A stretch of DNA of 64,000 nucleotides from Octopus sinensis (lineage: Eukaryota). A program made the position numbers and the translations under genes. Below are positions 51,411-63,801 of this stretch, piece after piece. Location of the stretch: positions 20,956,001-21,020,000 of the forward strand of contig NC_042997.1 in assembly GCF_006345805.1 (NCBI RefSeq), read 5' to 3'. The notes beneath the pieces are model-generated. The model saw nothing but the letters and a program-made list of their open reading frames with translations, did not search any database and was not told the DNA's origin. Each line of letters opens with the position of its first letter. The first letter of the stretch is position 1.

Positions 51411-51805
51411 TAGGAATATGTATGTGAGTGCATGTGTGTGTATGCATAGGAGAATGCATGGAAACAAAGCAAGCATGTAAATATATATGTAAAGAGAGAG
51501 AACCTGTAATATAATTCGATATATGAAAGGTGAAAAAGAAAATAAAATTAAATGGAATGACACTGAGTGAAACACACGGAAATAAATTTGTTTAGAAAAG
51601 AATTGACATGTAATTATGCTTATGAAGAGAAACATGGGACATATTATTAATATTGTTTAGAAGCTGAATCACCAGTATTGCTCTTGTCATTACTTTTGTT
51701 TTATTTATATAGACACAGCATGCATATAATTAAATTTATGAAGGGAGAAAATGACATGTAATTAAATTTGGTTAAAGTTCTCTATTTTTTAAAAATATTT
51801 TTCAG

Positions 51806-51840
51806 CATATTTGTGGCAGGAAAGAGCCCACTTGTTCATT
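51806..51840 (+). CDS. Candidate 35-nt exon (AYLWQERAHLFI or HICGRKEPTCS depending on phase)
   Basis: ctctattttttaaaaatatttttcag acceptor and gtaaga donor. All three frames are open. Confidence 0.28.
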
Positions 51841-53634
51841 GTAAGATCAAAATATAATCATATCTTGCAGTGCAAGGAGTTGCCATGCAAATGTTGAGAA
51901 AACGAATTAACGTACAATTATAGTTGGTGGATAAGCGAACTTCTGTTATTAATTGTATGCAAAGCTGTAGTCATATACTGGGTTTGAAGAAAAGCAATTG
52001 ATGACGAATTGAACCATTATGCCATTCTAAAAGTCTCTAATGGTCTGGAATAATTATAAATAATGTAGGAGGCTACTGGTGTATATTAATGATAGGTTGC
52101 TGAAATAGTTAACTGAATTTATGATAGAAAAAGGAGGAGATTGTAAGAAAGGTGATTTTATATAATTTAGAAAAAGTAGACAGTGAAAAGGAATGTGAGG
52201 AAATATAATGTAATTTAGATGTCGTAATCATCATCATCGTCCTCATCATTGTCATCCTCGAACATACTTATGCCTTCTTTACCATGCATATGTCAAACAC
52301 TCTACCATGAGTTTAAAATGGCAGACAAGGCCAATATATTGAGATTTTCTCTCGAGCCTAAAGTTCCTTCCCATTATTCATTTTATTTGCTATAATTTAG
52401 CTGAAAATAGATGCTTCGACAAAGACTGAGAGACCTTTACTTATAACCCATAAATATTGAGTGATTAGTAACCATATGCCTTGATTGTAGAAAGTCTCAT
52501 ACCATTCTAAGAGATCACTTGTTAAATAATGCTTTTTACAATCTTCCATTTCAATTCTAGCATAGGTCAGGCAAGTTGCAAATTAAGCATGCTTCAAGTA
52601 TCATTTAATACCTTATACCTTTTGTAATTTAATTAGTTTGAAGGTTAGATGAAATGTAAATACACTAATAATACTGTCATTAGAAATGGTTTCTACTAAT
52701 TTGAAGAAGTCAACCTGAAATATAAATCAGTGTGTTAAAGGATACAGAATAAACCAAAATAGAGCTGTGCAAACAGATACAACAATACCATCTATTCATT
52801 GCCTGGGCTTCATAGTTATATATTACAATACATCTAAAGTATCTGAATACAATCCAAATCTTGCATACAAAGATAACCAGTCATTATGATCAATCCCAAT
52901 GAAGTGTAACCTCTCCAACCATGCCAACTACCCACCTATTGTTCTCTGATTAAACATCTGAAGTGAGATAGACAATCATAAATAAGATATTCTTCAATAA
53001 ATATTTTTCCTACCCAGTGACCACTAGATTTCATAGAGACCCCAGCCACCAATGGTCTTGCTATATTATTGTGTCCCAGTGTGTATTATTATATCAACTT
53101 TAGTACTTCAGATTTTGTCTGTGTCTTCCAGAATATTCCATCTCTACATTTACATTTTAACCCTTTTAACACTAACCCACCCAAAACAGTGCTCATTCAA
53201 TGATACATTTTGTAAAACTGAAGTTTTAAAGCAATCTGAATTAAAAACCTTCCATGAAAATTTCATGTTAAATTATGCTCCAAACATCATCAGTTTTACT
53301 ATGACAAGTTATTTTACCAAATATTTCATCATTTTCAAAATTAAAAGAAACAAATTTCTAGAGAAATTTAATAACAAAAGCATATTCTTAATCAAATTAC
53401 ATTATTTTTAACTTCTTAATTTTCTCCACATTATTACCCACACAGAATGTGGGCTCATCAGTGGAATTGAATAGTATGTATGAACATGGATTTCAAAATA
53501 ACCTTCAATGGGAAGGGAGAATTCAAATTAATATCTCATTCAATTGCTACAAAATGTTGTTAATGCATATATCAAGAAAATACACTAACTGCTCATATGG
53601 TTTTTTGAATTGTAAACACTAAATTTTTATTCAC

Positions 53635-53807
53635 TAGGTGCAGGAGTGGCTGTGTGGTAAGTAACTTGCCTACCAACAACATGGTTCTGGGTTCAGTCCC
53701 ACTGCATGGCACCTTGGGCAAGTGTCTTCTACTATAGCTTTGGGCTGACCAAGGCCTTGTGAGTGGATTTCGTTGACGGAAACTGAAAGAAGCCCGTCGT
53801 ATATATG

Positions 53808-53840
<33 letters not shown>

Positions 53841-54497
53841 ATATGTTTGTCCCCCCCCCAAGCCAACATCACTTGACAACTGATGGTGATGTGTTTACGT
53901 CCCTGTAACTTAGCAGTTTGGCAAAAGAGATCCGATAGAATAAGTACTAGGCTTCCAAAGAATAAGTCCTGGGGTCGATTTGCTCGACTAAAGGTGGTGC
54001 TCCAGCATGGCCACAGTCAAATGACTGAAACAAGTAAAAGAGTATTATTCATTAATACTAATTGGTGACAAGGTGGCAAGCTGGAAGAATCGTTAACATG
54101 TCAGGCAAAATGCTTAACTGCATTTTGTCCATCTTTGCATTCTGAATTCAAATTCTAGTGAGGTTTACTTTGCCTTTCATCATTTTCAAGTTGATAAAAT
54201 AAGTACCAGTTGAGCAATGGGCTTGATGTAATTGACTTAGCTCCTCTCTTGAAATTTCTGGTGTTGTGCCAAAAAGTTGAAACTAATATTAGCTGTTGTC
54301 AAGGCTTTGTGTCTATGTCTGTGATCATAGACATTATATATATGAAAGCAGTGAATAGATGGCAAGCTCTTTGGGGAACTGAGTCTGCAACAAGCTAATT
54401 TTAATTTTAAATTGTATGCAATTCACTTATGCTATTAATGTCTGTGAGAAAGGCATGAGCCACACAAATCACATTACCATATGAACCATACTGTTAG

Positions 54498-54529
<32 letters not shown>

Positions 54530-55677
54530 CCATTATTTTTAAGGTGGCAAGCTGTCAAAATCATTAGCATGCCAGGCAAAAATTTTTAGTGGCATTTTGT
54601 CTGTCTTTTATATTCTGGGTTCAAAATCCACTGAGATCAACTTCGAATTTCATCCTCTTGGTGTCAATAAAATAAGTACTATTTGAACACAGGTATCAAT
54701 GTATTTGACCCTCACTCACCCCTAAAATTGCTGGCCTTGCACCAGAATTTGAAACAATTCTAATTATCATTGAAAGTGAATCATTAGCATGTTGAACAAA
54801 ATATTTTGTAACCTTTTTTCGAGCTTTACATTCTGAGTTCAAATTCTGCCAAGGTCTACATTGCCTTTCATCTTTTTGTGTTGACCTTATCAAAAGGTCC
54901 CTGATTAAGGGTTATGTGAGGCTTTTGAATGAAACAGAGGTGAATTATTCAAACCCCAAAGAATTCCTCTCAACACATGGCTATGATGCTCCCCCACTAC
55001 TTCTGCTCATGATCAGAAATGCACATATCATCAGTCACCAAGGGACATGCTCAACTGGTTAAGGTCAAGCAACCGAGAAGCAAATCTGTAGTAGTGAGCA
55101 GAATATTTGCTGTAGCCCATCTTTTATACCAAGACAAAACAATGTACATGTACATGTAAATAGTAAATAACACTTCCAATCAGTTAAGATCAGAAGCCAT
55201 GAGAGCCATTGCTTGGTATTGCATCAGAGTATTTTATTATTATTATCATTATTATTGTCATTGTTATACTGAAAGAGTCTTGGAAAGTTCTTAATTACTG
55301 GTTATTCTTTACTTGAAAGCAAGCAGTAACAAATCACCAAAGGTTTCAAGTAGTGCCTTCTCCTGTGACTCAGAAACATTACTCTCCTTAGAATGAGATC
55401 TGTATCCAACAAGGCTGTCTCTGGATCACCTTGAGCCTGACAGCAGCTCCAATATTCTTAAGGCGGCGAGCTGGCAGAAACATTTGCACACCAGGCGAAA
55501 TCCTTAGCAGTATTTCGTCTGTCTTTACGTTCTAAGTTCAAACTCCGCCGAGGTCGACTTTGCCTTTCATCCTTTCAGGGTCAATAAATTAAGTACCAGT
55601 TGTGCACTGGGGTAGATCTAATCGACTGGCCCCCTACCCCAAAATTTCAGGCCTTGTGCCTAGAGTAGAAAAGAATA
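53635..55677. mobile_element. SINE cluster: B (+, 53635-54043), D (+, 54068-54290), D x2 (+, 54540-54890), E fragment (-, 54893-55229), D (+, 55460-55677)
   Basis: Consensus matches to the same families elsewhere in the window. Confidence 0.85.
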
Positions 55678-55679
55678 TT

Positions 55680-56855
55680 CTTAATATGTTTTTCAAAACC
55701 CTTGGAAACTGCTCCTAATGCTTCAATTACCACTGGTATCATCATTACTTCCCTATTTCATCTCGCAGTGACTGGTATTCCTCAATCTTTTCTGTTTCCT
55801 TACATTTCACCCTTGAATCACCTGTTAGTAGTTTTCTTGATTTTCAGTCTAGCATCTGTAACTCCCCACTCATCCAAGTGATAATACCTGCACTGCACTG
55901 CACTTTCATAATGCTATTGTCCATGTATTGATTGATTGAAAATAATTTCTTCCATTCACATTTGACTGCAACACCAATCCAAGTCTTTGGAGATACTCTG
56001 GTATAATGCTTTCATTCATTTCTTCCATCGCTTCATTCATTTCTAATATGCCCAGGTATCAGTGGGGGGGGGTATGATTTGGGTCTGTAATTATCCACAG
56101 CATTCTCCTTTGAAGCATCCATCAAACACAGTATTCTTTATCCCATAGTTATCCTCTCAGGAATCTCTTCATTTCCGTTGATCAGTGCATTAAGCAGCTT
56201 GTGCTATTCTTTTATGGTACCCTAACAGCTTCACTGTCCAATAACCCTGAACACCATCAGGTCCAGCTACTTTTCAATTATTCATCTTTATACTTGTCAC
56301 GCATTTTCTTTTTTTAATTGTTATTTTGCCTTGTTGCAGATAAGAAATAGACCCCTTCAGATTATTATGCAACCATTCAGCCTCTGTATTATCCTGCTTG
56401 CCCTTATTCCATATCTCACTCCAAAATACATGAATTTCTTCTGCTTCTCATAAAACGTTTTCGAGTATGTTTTTCTCAGTTATTTCATAATAAAATTTCT
56501 TCTGATTGACTTGGAATTATCCATGTTACCTAAACTGCCTCACCTTTTGATTATAACTCATTATTTTATCTCTCCCTACCAAAATGCACTGTTTTAGATA
56601 TTCAGTTACAAAATTCAGTCTTTTTCTATCAATACTATATTGTTTCTTCAATCTGTTGTACTTATAACCATGCCTAAACACACCTTTCCACTTTCTTCCC
56701 AATACTGATACTTCACCAACAAGCTTATGTCTCTAATATTCCTTTTTTCCACAATGGTTCTTCGTTTTGTGTCTTGTACTGTTTGTTCTTTGAGGGATGG
56801 TTTTACATGTAGCCAGTCCTCATATGTGTGTAGCCTCGCTTCCTAATAGATTTTA
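55680..56855 (-). mobile_element. Decayed, internally deleted R4/Dong-like LINE
   Basis: FWSEIW, AGPDG, NYRP, YLGILE and IPVVIEALGAVSKGFEKH motifs. Confidence 0.7.
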
Positions 56856-56864
56856 TTTGACTCT

Positions 56865-57200
56865 TTTACTCTTATATTTGTTTCAGTCATTTGACTGCGA
56901 CCCTAGTACTTATTCTATCGGTCTCTTTTTGCCAAACTGCTAAATTATGGGGACATAAACACACCAGCATCGGTTGTTAAGCAATGTTGGGGGTCAAACA
57001 CAGACACACAAACATATACACACACATACATATATATGATGGGCTTCTGTCAGTTTCCATCTACCAAATCCATTCACAAGGCTTTGGTCAGCCCGAGGCA
57101 ATAGTAGAACACACTTGCCCAGGGTGCCACACCGTGGGACTGAACCCAGAACCATGTGGTTCATAAGCAAGCTACTTACCACACAGCCTCTTCTATGCCT
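56865..57200 (-). mobile_element. Family B SINE with internal deletion
   Basis: Head and tail are present, but the AGTCGAGC...TTCTTTG segment is missing. Confidence 0.88.
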
Positions 57201-57270
57201 ATGGTGAAAATTTTTAAATTATTACATTTTATCATTACATTTAAAAATTTAATGCATATAAATTACTCAG

Positions 57271-57394
57271 TGATGGTTCCAAAAGAAAGAATATTGAATC
57301 AGCTCTCTGTGCTGATAGCGATGTCAAGCTAGCTGAGTCCAAGACAGTAGCCTTTTCCTTATGTAAATTTCAGCATCATGGAGAGGAGTGTTTT
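57271..57394 (+). CDS. Candidate 124-nt coding exon (DGSKRKNIESALCADSDVKLAESKTVAFSLCKFQHHGEECF)
   Basis: Acceptor aaattactcag and donor gtaagc. It lies in a ~73-codon open frame (57245-57465) with protein-like composition in non-repeat DNA. Not recognised. Confidence 0.4.
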
Positions 57395-57491
57395 GTAAGC
57401 ATGGGAAATTTAATGTCTTCTTCAGTTAACTTACCTGGGTCTACACATACTTGTGAGGATGCATAGTCAACTTTAATCAATGGAATCTTTG

Positions 57492-57538
<47 letters not shown>

Positions 57539-60500
57539 GGAATGGTAAAGGTCTATGCTGATATCAATGGAATTTGAACCACTAAACTGCAGGTGTCAAG
57601 TGTACTACCAGTAAACATCGATTTCAGTGATGTCGCAGCTAATAATTTCAGTATTCTGATCACTGCATTGACTTTACTACTAACAATGAAGAAAAAGAAG
57701 AAGAGAGAAAATGAAAGTTACTGAACAATATTACAGAAACAAAATGCCACAGAAAGAAACGATGTAATAGACAGAAATACAAAAAAGAAAAGAAATATAT
57801 AGATATAAAAAGTATACAAGCAACAACACAAAGCTAGAGAGAAAAGTAACAGAAGTGGAAGAGAATAAAGACAAAAATAAAACACAAGAGGGGAAGAAAT
57901 GGTGAAGATCTGAAAGAGAAAGAAAATGAAAACATACAAAATAAAGAGAATGGAAGTATGATGTGAAGAGAGTAATAAAAAATAAAAACAGAAGGGGAGA
58001 AATAAAGAAAATAATTCTGAAAGAGTGAAATAAGCAAAGAAAGAAACAGGTGAATCTTGTTAGAAGAGGTTGTAATGAAGCTAGAAAGAGTTGAGCAAAA
58101 AATAAAATGTTTGTTTAAAGACAGCAAGAGTGGAATGAGAAATAAAGTGGTGATGGTGACGGTAGTGGTGGAGGTGTTGGAAATGGTGGTGATAATAATA
58201 GTGGCAAGTGTTGTGTGAGAAGGAAAGAGAAGCCGATTTACTGTCAACTTAAATGAAAGCAATGTTAAATCACATTAAATGAAAGAGAAGTTAGTGACAG
58301 AATTCATTGAGTACAAATTTCAAGCACAATTTCCTTACATGGAGTGTGAAATTCCTGTTGGTATTCTAAAATGTTGATATTTTAGGACTGTTATCAATGT
58401 AGCCATTTGATTTCACTTACTTTTATTGCTTAAGAAAAATCCAGTCTTATACAATGACACAGTACCTTACTGAGGAAAATGATTAGAAAAAGTTATAATA
58501 AATTTTGTTTATATGGTACTACATTTTGTACTCAATGCAATGATTAGAATATAAACAATGTAAAAAAAAGAAAACAAATTAAGTTCCTGGTAGACCATTC
58601 CTTGACCTGAGGGCAGTGAATTGGTATAGTTATTTGAAGATTTGGCCAGAATACTTTTGCAGTGTGCATTCCACTTCTCTCTGTGCTCTGAGTTCAAATC
58701 CTGTTGAAATCATCTTTGCTCTCTATCTTTTCCGTTTCAATAAAGAAAAATGCCAATCCAAGGAAATATGAACTGTGGAAACTGTGGGAACGTTTTGCTC
58801 CATGTTTTGACTGGTTGGTTCTTTGTTTTCTGATTTCAAATCCTGCTATATCCCACTTTGTTCATCATTGCCCTGTTTAACACCACTATGTGGAACCTTG
58901 AGTGCCCTTAATGGCATCCACTCTGTAATAAATATTTAGAGCAGAGAACACTTTCCTCACTTCCTTCTACCAGTCTCAGAGAACTAGTAAGTGGCCATGG
59001 TCAAAGCTTTTCTCCCTGATGAAAAATTCTGATTGTATTTGTTTTTAACAGTTCTTAAATTACTAATGACTTTGGAACATTATGAATGTTACAAATCTAA
59101 CTTGTCATTCTATAATGATTAGGCTTCATAAATGCCAAGAGAATGCAATGAGATTCACATTTACAATAGTTCTGCTTGCATAGCTTATGAAAAAGTTATA
59201 AGATTCTTCCTTAGAATTCAGTAGTAGATTAACACCTTGTCAAGAGGTAGAGAGATTTGTGTCTCATCTGCTTAATGAAATGAGAATTGCAATTTAAGCC
59301 TTAAGAATCTTTGTAATTTATAATCAAATTCATAAGGTACAGTTTAAGCAAGACAGAGTAACTGTTAAATATTATAAGCATCAGGTCTTGCAATATAATT
59401 GCAAACTGAAGAAATATATAGCAGTTTTTAGAATGTTTTTTTTTTTAAATATATAGCAGTTATAGTTTCCAAATATTTTAAATTGAAAACAAGAAGGCTA
59501 CTTTATCATTTATTTGAAGAAGGACCCAACCCACAAAAGCTGAAACACAAATCTTATGCCACTTTCATTTTTAGAAATCTTATTTGCCCTCTGAAGATAT
59601 CATTAGTTTCCTCATGATCTATACTTTTTTCAAATAGATATTTTAATACATTTCTGAATATTTCTATTAGTTTAAAAGCAGCATCTATTTTTCTGTATGT
59701 ATTTTTATTCCATATTTCCATACTGACATTTGGAGTATCTAGAACTTGTGAGAAATTATGAGAACTTGTGTTGCATGTTTACAATACATCCAAACCAATA
59801 GTTGAAGAGTAATGAAATTTTATTTTTAATAATTTTAAGAGTAGTTTGACATTTTTTACGACTTGGTAATGTTACAAAATGACTCTTAGATTAGAAAACA
59901 GAACAATGTGCACTGAATAGTCAGCACTGATATTACTGTCATCGTTATCAGCTTCACCTTCAAATTTAAGTTAACCTCAGTAAAGGATCATAGAGAATGT
60001 CAATCAACACATGTATCAGGTAAAATGAGCTAGGTCATAGGTGTGTATTATTTAAAGCAATGGAGACCCATAATCTTTATGATCATTCTGGTTATTGGAA
60101 ACATATGATCATTATGAAGTTAATAATCTCACTGCCTTTGCTCATCATCGTGTAAAAATTATTAATGCAATAAATGCAAAAGATGTCTAAATGTAACTGC
60201 CATGCATGAACATCAAAGGGTGTGCACATAGGGAAAGCTCACATTCCCAGGCAAACATGAATAATAAAAGAGAAATAAAAATGTTAATAAACTTACAGCA
60301 CCTAAGAGAAATGAATGATATCAATGGAGTATGTGTCCCCCTTGTGACAATATAAACAGCAGATCTCAAACTTGTTGGCAGAAACAGAGATATTTGAATC
60401 AGCCCTAGTATATCCTGTAAAGGATTTTATTGATTCTTGAGCTAAGAAAAATAAAGTAAAATCTGGTAAAATTATAATAAAATCAACAGAAGCAAAACCA

Positions 60501-60659
60501 ATAAAAATGATATTAATTTCTACCTTCAGCACAAGATTGCAAATTGTGGCGGTGGGGTGAAACGTTGTTGTTCTTATTGTTGCTATCTAGCCCTAGCTTA
60601 GCCTTGAACATAAGAGCTATAAGCATTCTTGTCTTTTTAGGGTATATAGGACTACATTA

Positions 60660-61050
60660 CTAGCACACCGGGCGAAATGCTTAGTGGTATTTTGCCTGCC
60701 ATTATGTTCTGAGTTCAAATTCCGCCGAGGTCGACTTTGCCTTTCATCTTTTCAGGGTCGATTAAATAAGTACCAGTTACGCACTGGGGTCGATATAATC
60801 GACTTAATCCGTTTGTCTGTCCTTGTTTGTCCTCTCTGTGTTTAGCTTCTTGCGGGTAGTAAAACAATAGGTATTTCGTCTACCGCTATGTTCTGAGTTC
60901 AAATTCCGCCGAGCTCGACTTTGCCTTTCGTCCTTTCAGGGTCGATTAAATAAGTACCAGTTACACACTGGGGTCAATATAATCAACTTAATCTGTTTGT
61001 CTGTCCTTGTTTGTCCTCTCTGTGTATAGCCCCTTGTGGGCAGTAAAGAA
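60660..61050 (+). mobile_element. Family D SINE head-to-tail dimer with a single 14-bp TSD
   Basis: Two consecutive units. ATAGGACTACATTA is at 60646-60659 and 61051-61064. Inserted into another dispersed repeat (related pieces at ~11280-11350, ~22855-22990, ~33550-33605). Confidence 0.92.
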
Positions 61051-61370
61051 ATAGGACTACATTATACAATGTGTCCTTTCTGTATTTAAAGTAGCAGAGT
61101 ATGATATGAGGGAGATGTAGCTGCTACTTCTAGTAGGTTAATTGGCTGTATTGGATTTTCTCCAGTAGTTGAGTAGTTCAAGATAAGTCAACCCTAGTGG
61201 GAATTGAACTTAGAACATAAAAGAATGCAGTTTAATAACCCCAGTAATTGACTGCACCTTGATAATGGTAATGGTAATAATAATTACTTTATTACCTTTA
61301 CAAAGGTAGCAGTAAATTCACAAATGTGAGTGGATAGCAGCGTAGACAGTTATTGCATAGGCACATACAC

Positions 61371-61427
<57 letters not shown>

Positions 61428-61762
61428 TCGTCATCATCACCGTTGTTTTAATATCCACTTTTGTACGTACACATGGGCTAGCTGGAATTTTCAGAAGCAG
61501 ATTTTCTATATTTGGATAGCCTCACTATCCTCGATCCTACATGTTTCCAAGTCAAGTAATGTTTCTCCATAGCCTGACATGCTTTCTACAGGAGATTGGG
61601 AATGAAGAACACTGCTGTATGATGGGGCCATTCATTTCAACTACCAAGTGATACCAAGAAAAGGAGACACCAACTTACATTCACATATAAATTTTATAAT
61701 AGTTATCTCTCACCAGATATATATATATATGCATTGGGACCCCTTCGCATCGAAGATCGGTG

Positions 61763-61815
61763 GTTGTCATGTGCTGACGACAGGTAAATACCCAGAAACC
61801 CGGGTCCATGCATAT
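61763..61815 (+). ncRNA. Minimal type I hammerhead ribozyme motif in a ~245-bp element between (TA) tracts (~61730-61975)
   Basis: CTGACGA (61774-61780), stem II CAGGT(aaat)ACCCA (3 bp plus two mismatches), GAAAC-CCGG-GTC (61795-61806). Stem I is imperfect. Confidence 0.6.
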
Positions 61816-61974
61816 CACATCAGGTCACCGATGGGAAGGATGGCTTCTCTTTGCAAATACTGATAGGGCACAGAAAGTGTGTCAATAGTCAGCTAGAGAA
61901 AATGTTCTCCTGGGGCTACAAGCTACAGTAGCATCCACCCTTCGTGGTTAGCCTTATTTCAATGGCAAATATAC

Positions 61975-62012
<38 letters not shown>

Positions 62013-62220
62013 GTGAAATAGAAAGATGAATAATCTAGTAGTAGATTAATCAAAAGTTTAACCGATACCTTAGTAGCAAAAATCACAGCAGTAAACAGCA
62101 CGGTTGGAGGTACAACCATCTGGCGTTGCAACCGTGCGTTAGTGCGGATAATTGAAATTAAAACATTATTGGTGAATTGAAGAAATGGAGCTGAACGCAG
62201 ATTGAACAGAAATCGTTTTA

Positions 62221-62309
62221 TTTCATTCTACACGTGTTTCGAAAGGCACAAATTACCAAAATCCGATTGAATAATGGGACCATATTGTGTCTTTCTCTTC
62301 AGGAAGAAA
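62221..62309 (-). ncRNA. Type I hammerhead ribozyme (mirror copy on left arm)
   Basis: Exact reverse complement of 62418-62506, with the core at 62302-62296. Confidence 0.78.
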
Positions 62310-62417
62310 AAAGGAAATCCGTTGGAAAAACAAAAACAGAACAGAGGCGGAGCAAAAAACAAATCGAATTTTTGCTCCGCCTCTGTTCTGTTTTTGTTTT
62401 TCCAACGGATTTCCTTT

Positions 62418-62506
62418 TTTCTTCCTGAAGAGAAAGACACAATATGGTCCCATTATTCAATCGGATTTTGGTAATTTGTGCCTTTCGAAACACGTGTAGA
62501 ATGAAA
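62418..62506 (+). ncRNA. Type I hammerhead ribozyme (right arm)
   Basis: Stem I TTTCTTC / GAA(T)GAAA, core CTGAAGA (62425-62431), 11-bp stem II with one mismatch (62432-62442 / 62476-62486), GAAAC-ACGT-GTA. Predicted cleavage is after 62498. Confidence 0.78.
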
Positions 62507-62639
62507 TAAAACGATTTCTGTTCAATCTGCGTTCAGCTCCATTTCTTCAATTCACCAATAATGTTTTATATATATATATATATATCATAATAATAATAAT
62601 AATAATAATAAATTTAGACAAATATGTATAATTAGATCT

Positions 62640-63370
62640 GTGTTGTATAGTGTTTAGAGTGTTGGTCTGATGATTATAAATTCATAGGTTTGATTCCTGG
62701 ATGAGGAAGTGCATTGTGTCCTTTAGTAAGGCACATCATTTCAAGGAAAGGATAACATCTTCTGAAACACTTCAGTACTTTGTAGCACTACAGGTCTATA
62801 CAAGAACCTTTCTGATGATAGATACAGCGGTTTTGTGGGTTTCTAGAATATATCCAAGTTAAATACGATATACAGAATGTCATTGTGAACTGATACGGCT
62901 TCTGTCACTAATAATATTTTCTACTTAAGGCACAAGGCCTGAAATGTTTGGGGAGGGGGCCAGTCGATTAGATCGACACCAGTATCCAACTGGTATTTAA
63001 TTTATTGACCCTGAAAGGATTAAAGGCAAAGTCAACCTCAATGGAATCTGAACTCAGAATATAAAGGCAGACAGTGGCAAGTATTCTTTTCTACTCTGAG
63101 CACAAGACCCGAAATTTTTCGGGTGGAAGCCAGTCAATTAGATTGACCCCAGTATGCTACTGGTACTTAGTTTATTGACCCTGAAAGGATAAAAGGCAAA
63201 GTCAACATCAGCGGAATTATACAGAATGATCGTCTGTCCATTCTGAGTTCAAATTCGACTTTACCTTTCATCCTTTCATAGATAAATCAAGTACCATTTG
63301 CATACTGGGGTCGATCTAATCGACTGGTCCCCTCCCCAAACATTCTGGGCCTTGCCTAGAATAGAAAACA
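62640..63370. mobile_element. Degraded family C SINE (~62640-62750) and family D array (-,-,+ at ~62915-63075, 63080-63225, 63235-63370)
   Basis: Consensus matches: two tandem minus copies facing one plus copy. Confidence 0.8.
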
Positions 63371-63454
63371 ATACATACAGAATGCTCTCTGTCTCTGTCT
63401 GTCAGTCTCTCTCTCTCTCTCTCTCGCTCTATTTCTCTGTGTCTGTGTGTGTCA

Positions 63455-63685
63455 TGATTATCATCATCATCATCATCATCATTTAACGTCCACTGTCCAT
63501 GCTGGCATGAGTTTGATGGTTTGGCTGAGGTCTAGCAAGCCAGTAGGCTGTACCAGGCTCCAATCTGATCTGGGAATGTTTCTACAGCTGGATGCCCTTC
63601 CTTACACCAACCACTCCGAGAGTGTAGTAGGTGCTTTTTATATGCCACCAGCATGGGAGTCAGTCAGAGGTACTGGCATCGATCC
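63455..63685 (-). mobile_element. Family A RTE 3'UTR tail
   Basis: Consensus match with (CAT)n. Confidence 0.88.
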
Positions 63686-63688
63686 AAG

Positions 63689-63769
<81 letters not shown>

Positions 63770-63801
63770 AGAGTGTTAGGTGTGATGTACAGTACTGACT
63801 A

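Larger units (their letters stand above)
62012..62568. mobile_element. Penelope/retrozyme-like fold-back element inserted in (TA)n
   Basis: 147-nt unique part plus a perfect inverted repeat (62159-62358 / 62369-62568, loop ACAAATCGAA). (TA)n lies on both sides. Confidence 0.8.

Noticed and set aside
59010-59050. Isolated CTGATGA/CTGAAGA hits (also ~33172, 38861, 50125, 62668, 62812)
   Set aside because: They lack a closing stem II and downstream GAAA...UH, so they are chance or LINE/SINE-internal occurrences.
62228-62499. Six overlapping ORFs that mirror each other on both strands
   Set aside because: They follow directly from the perfect palindrome, and the products have no recognisable features.
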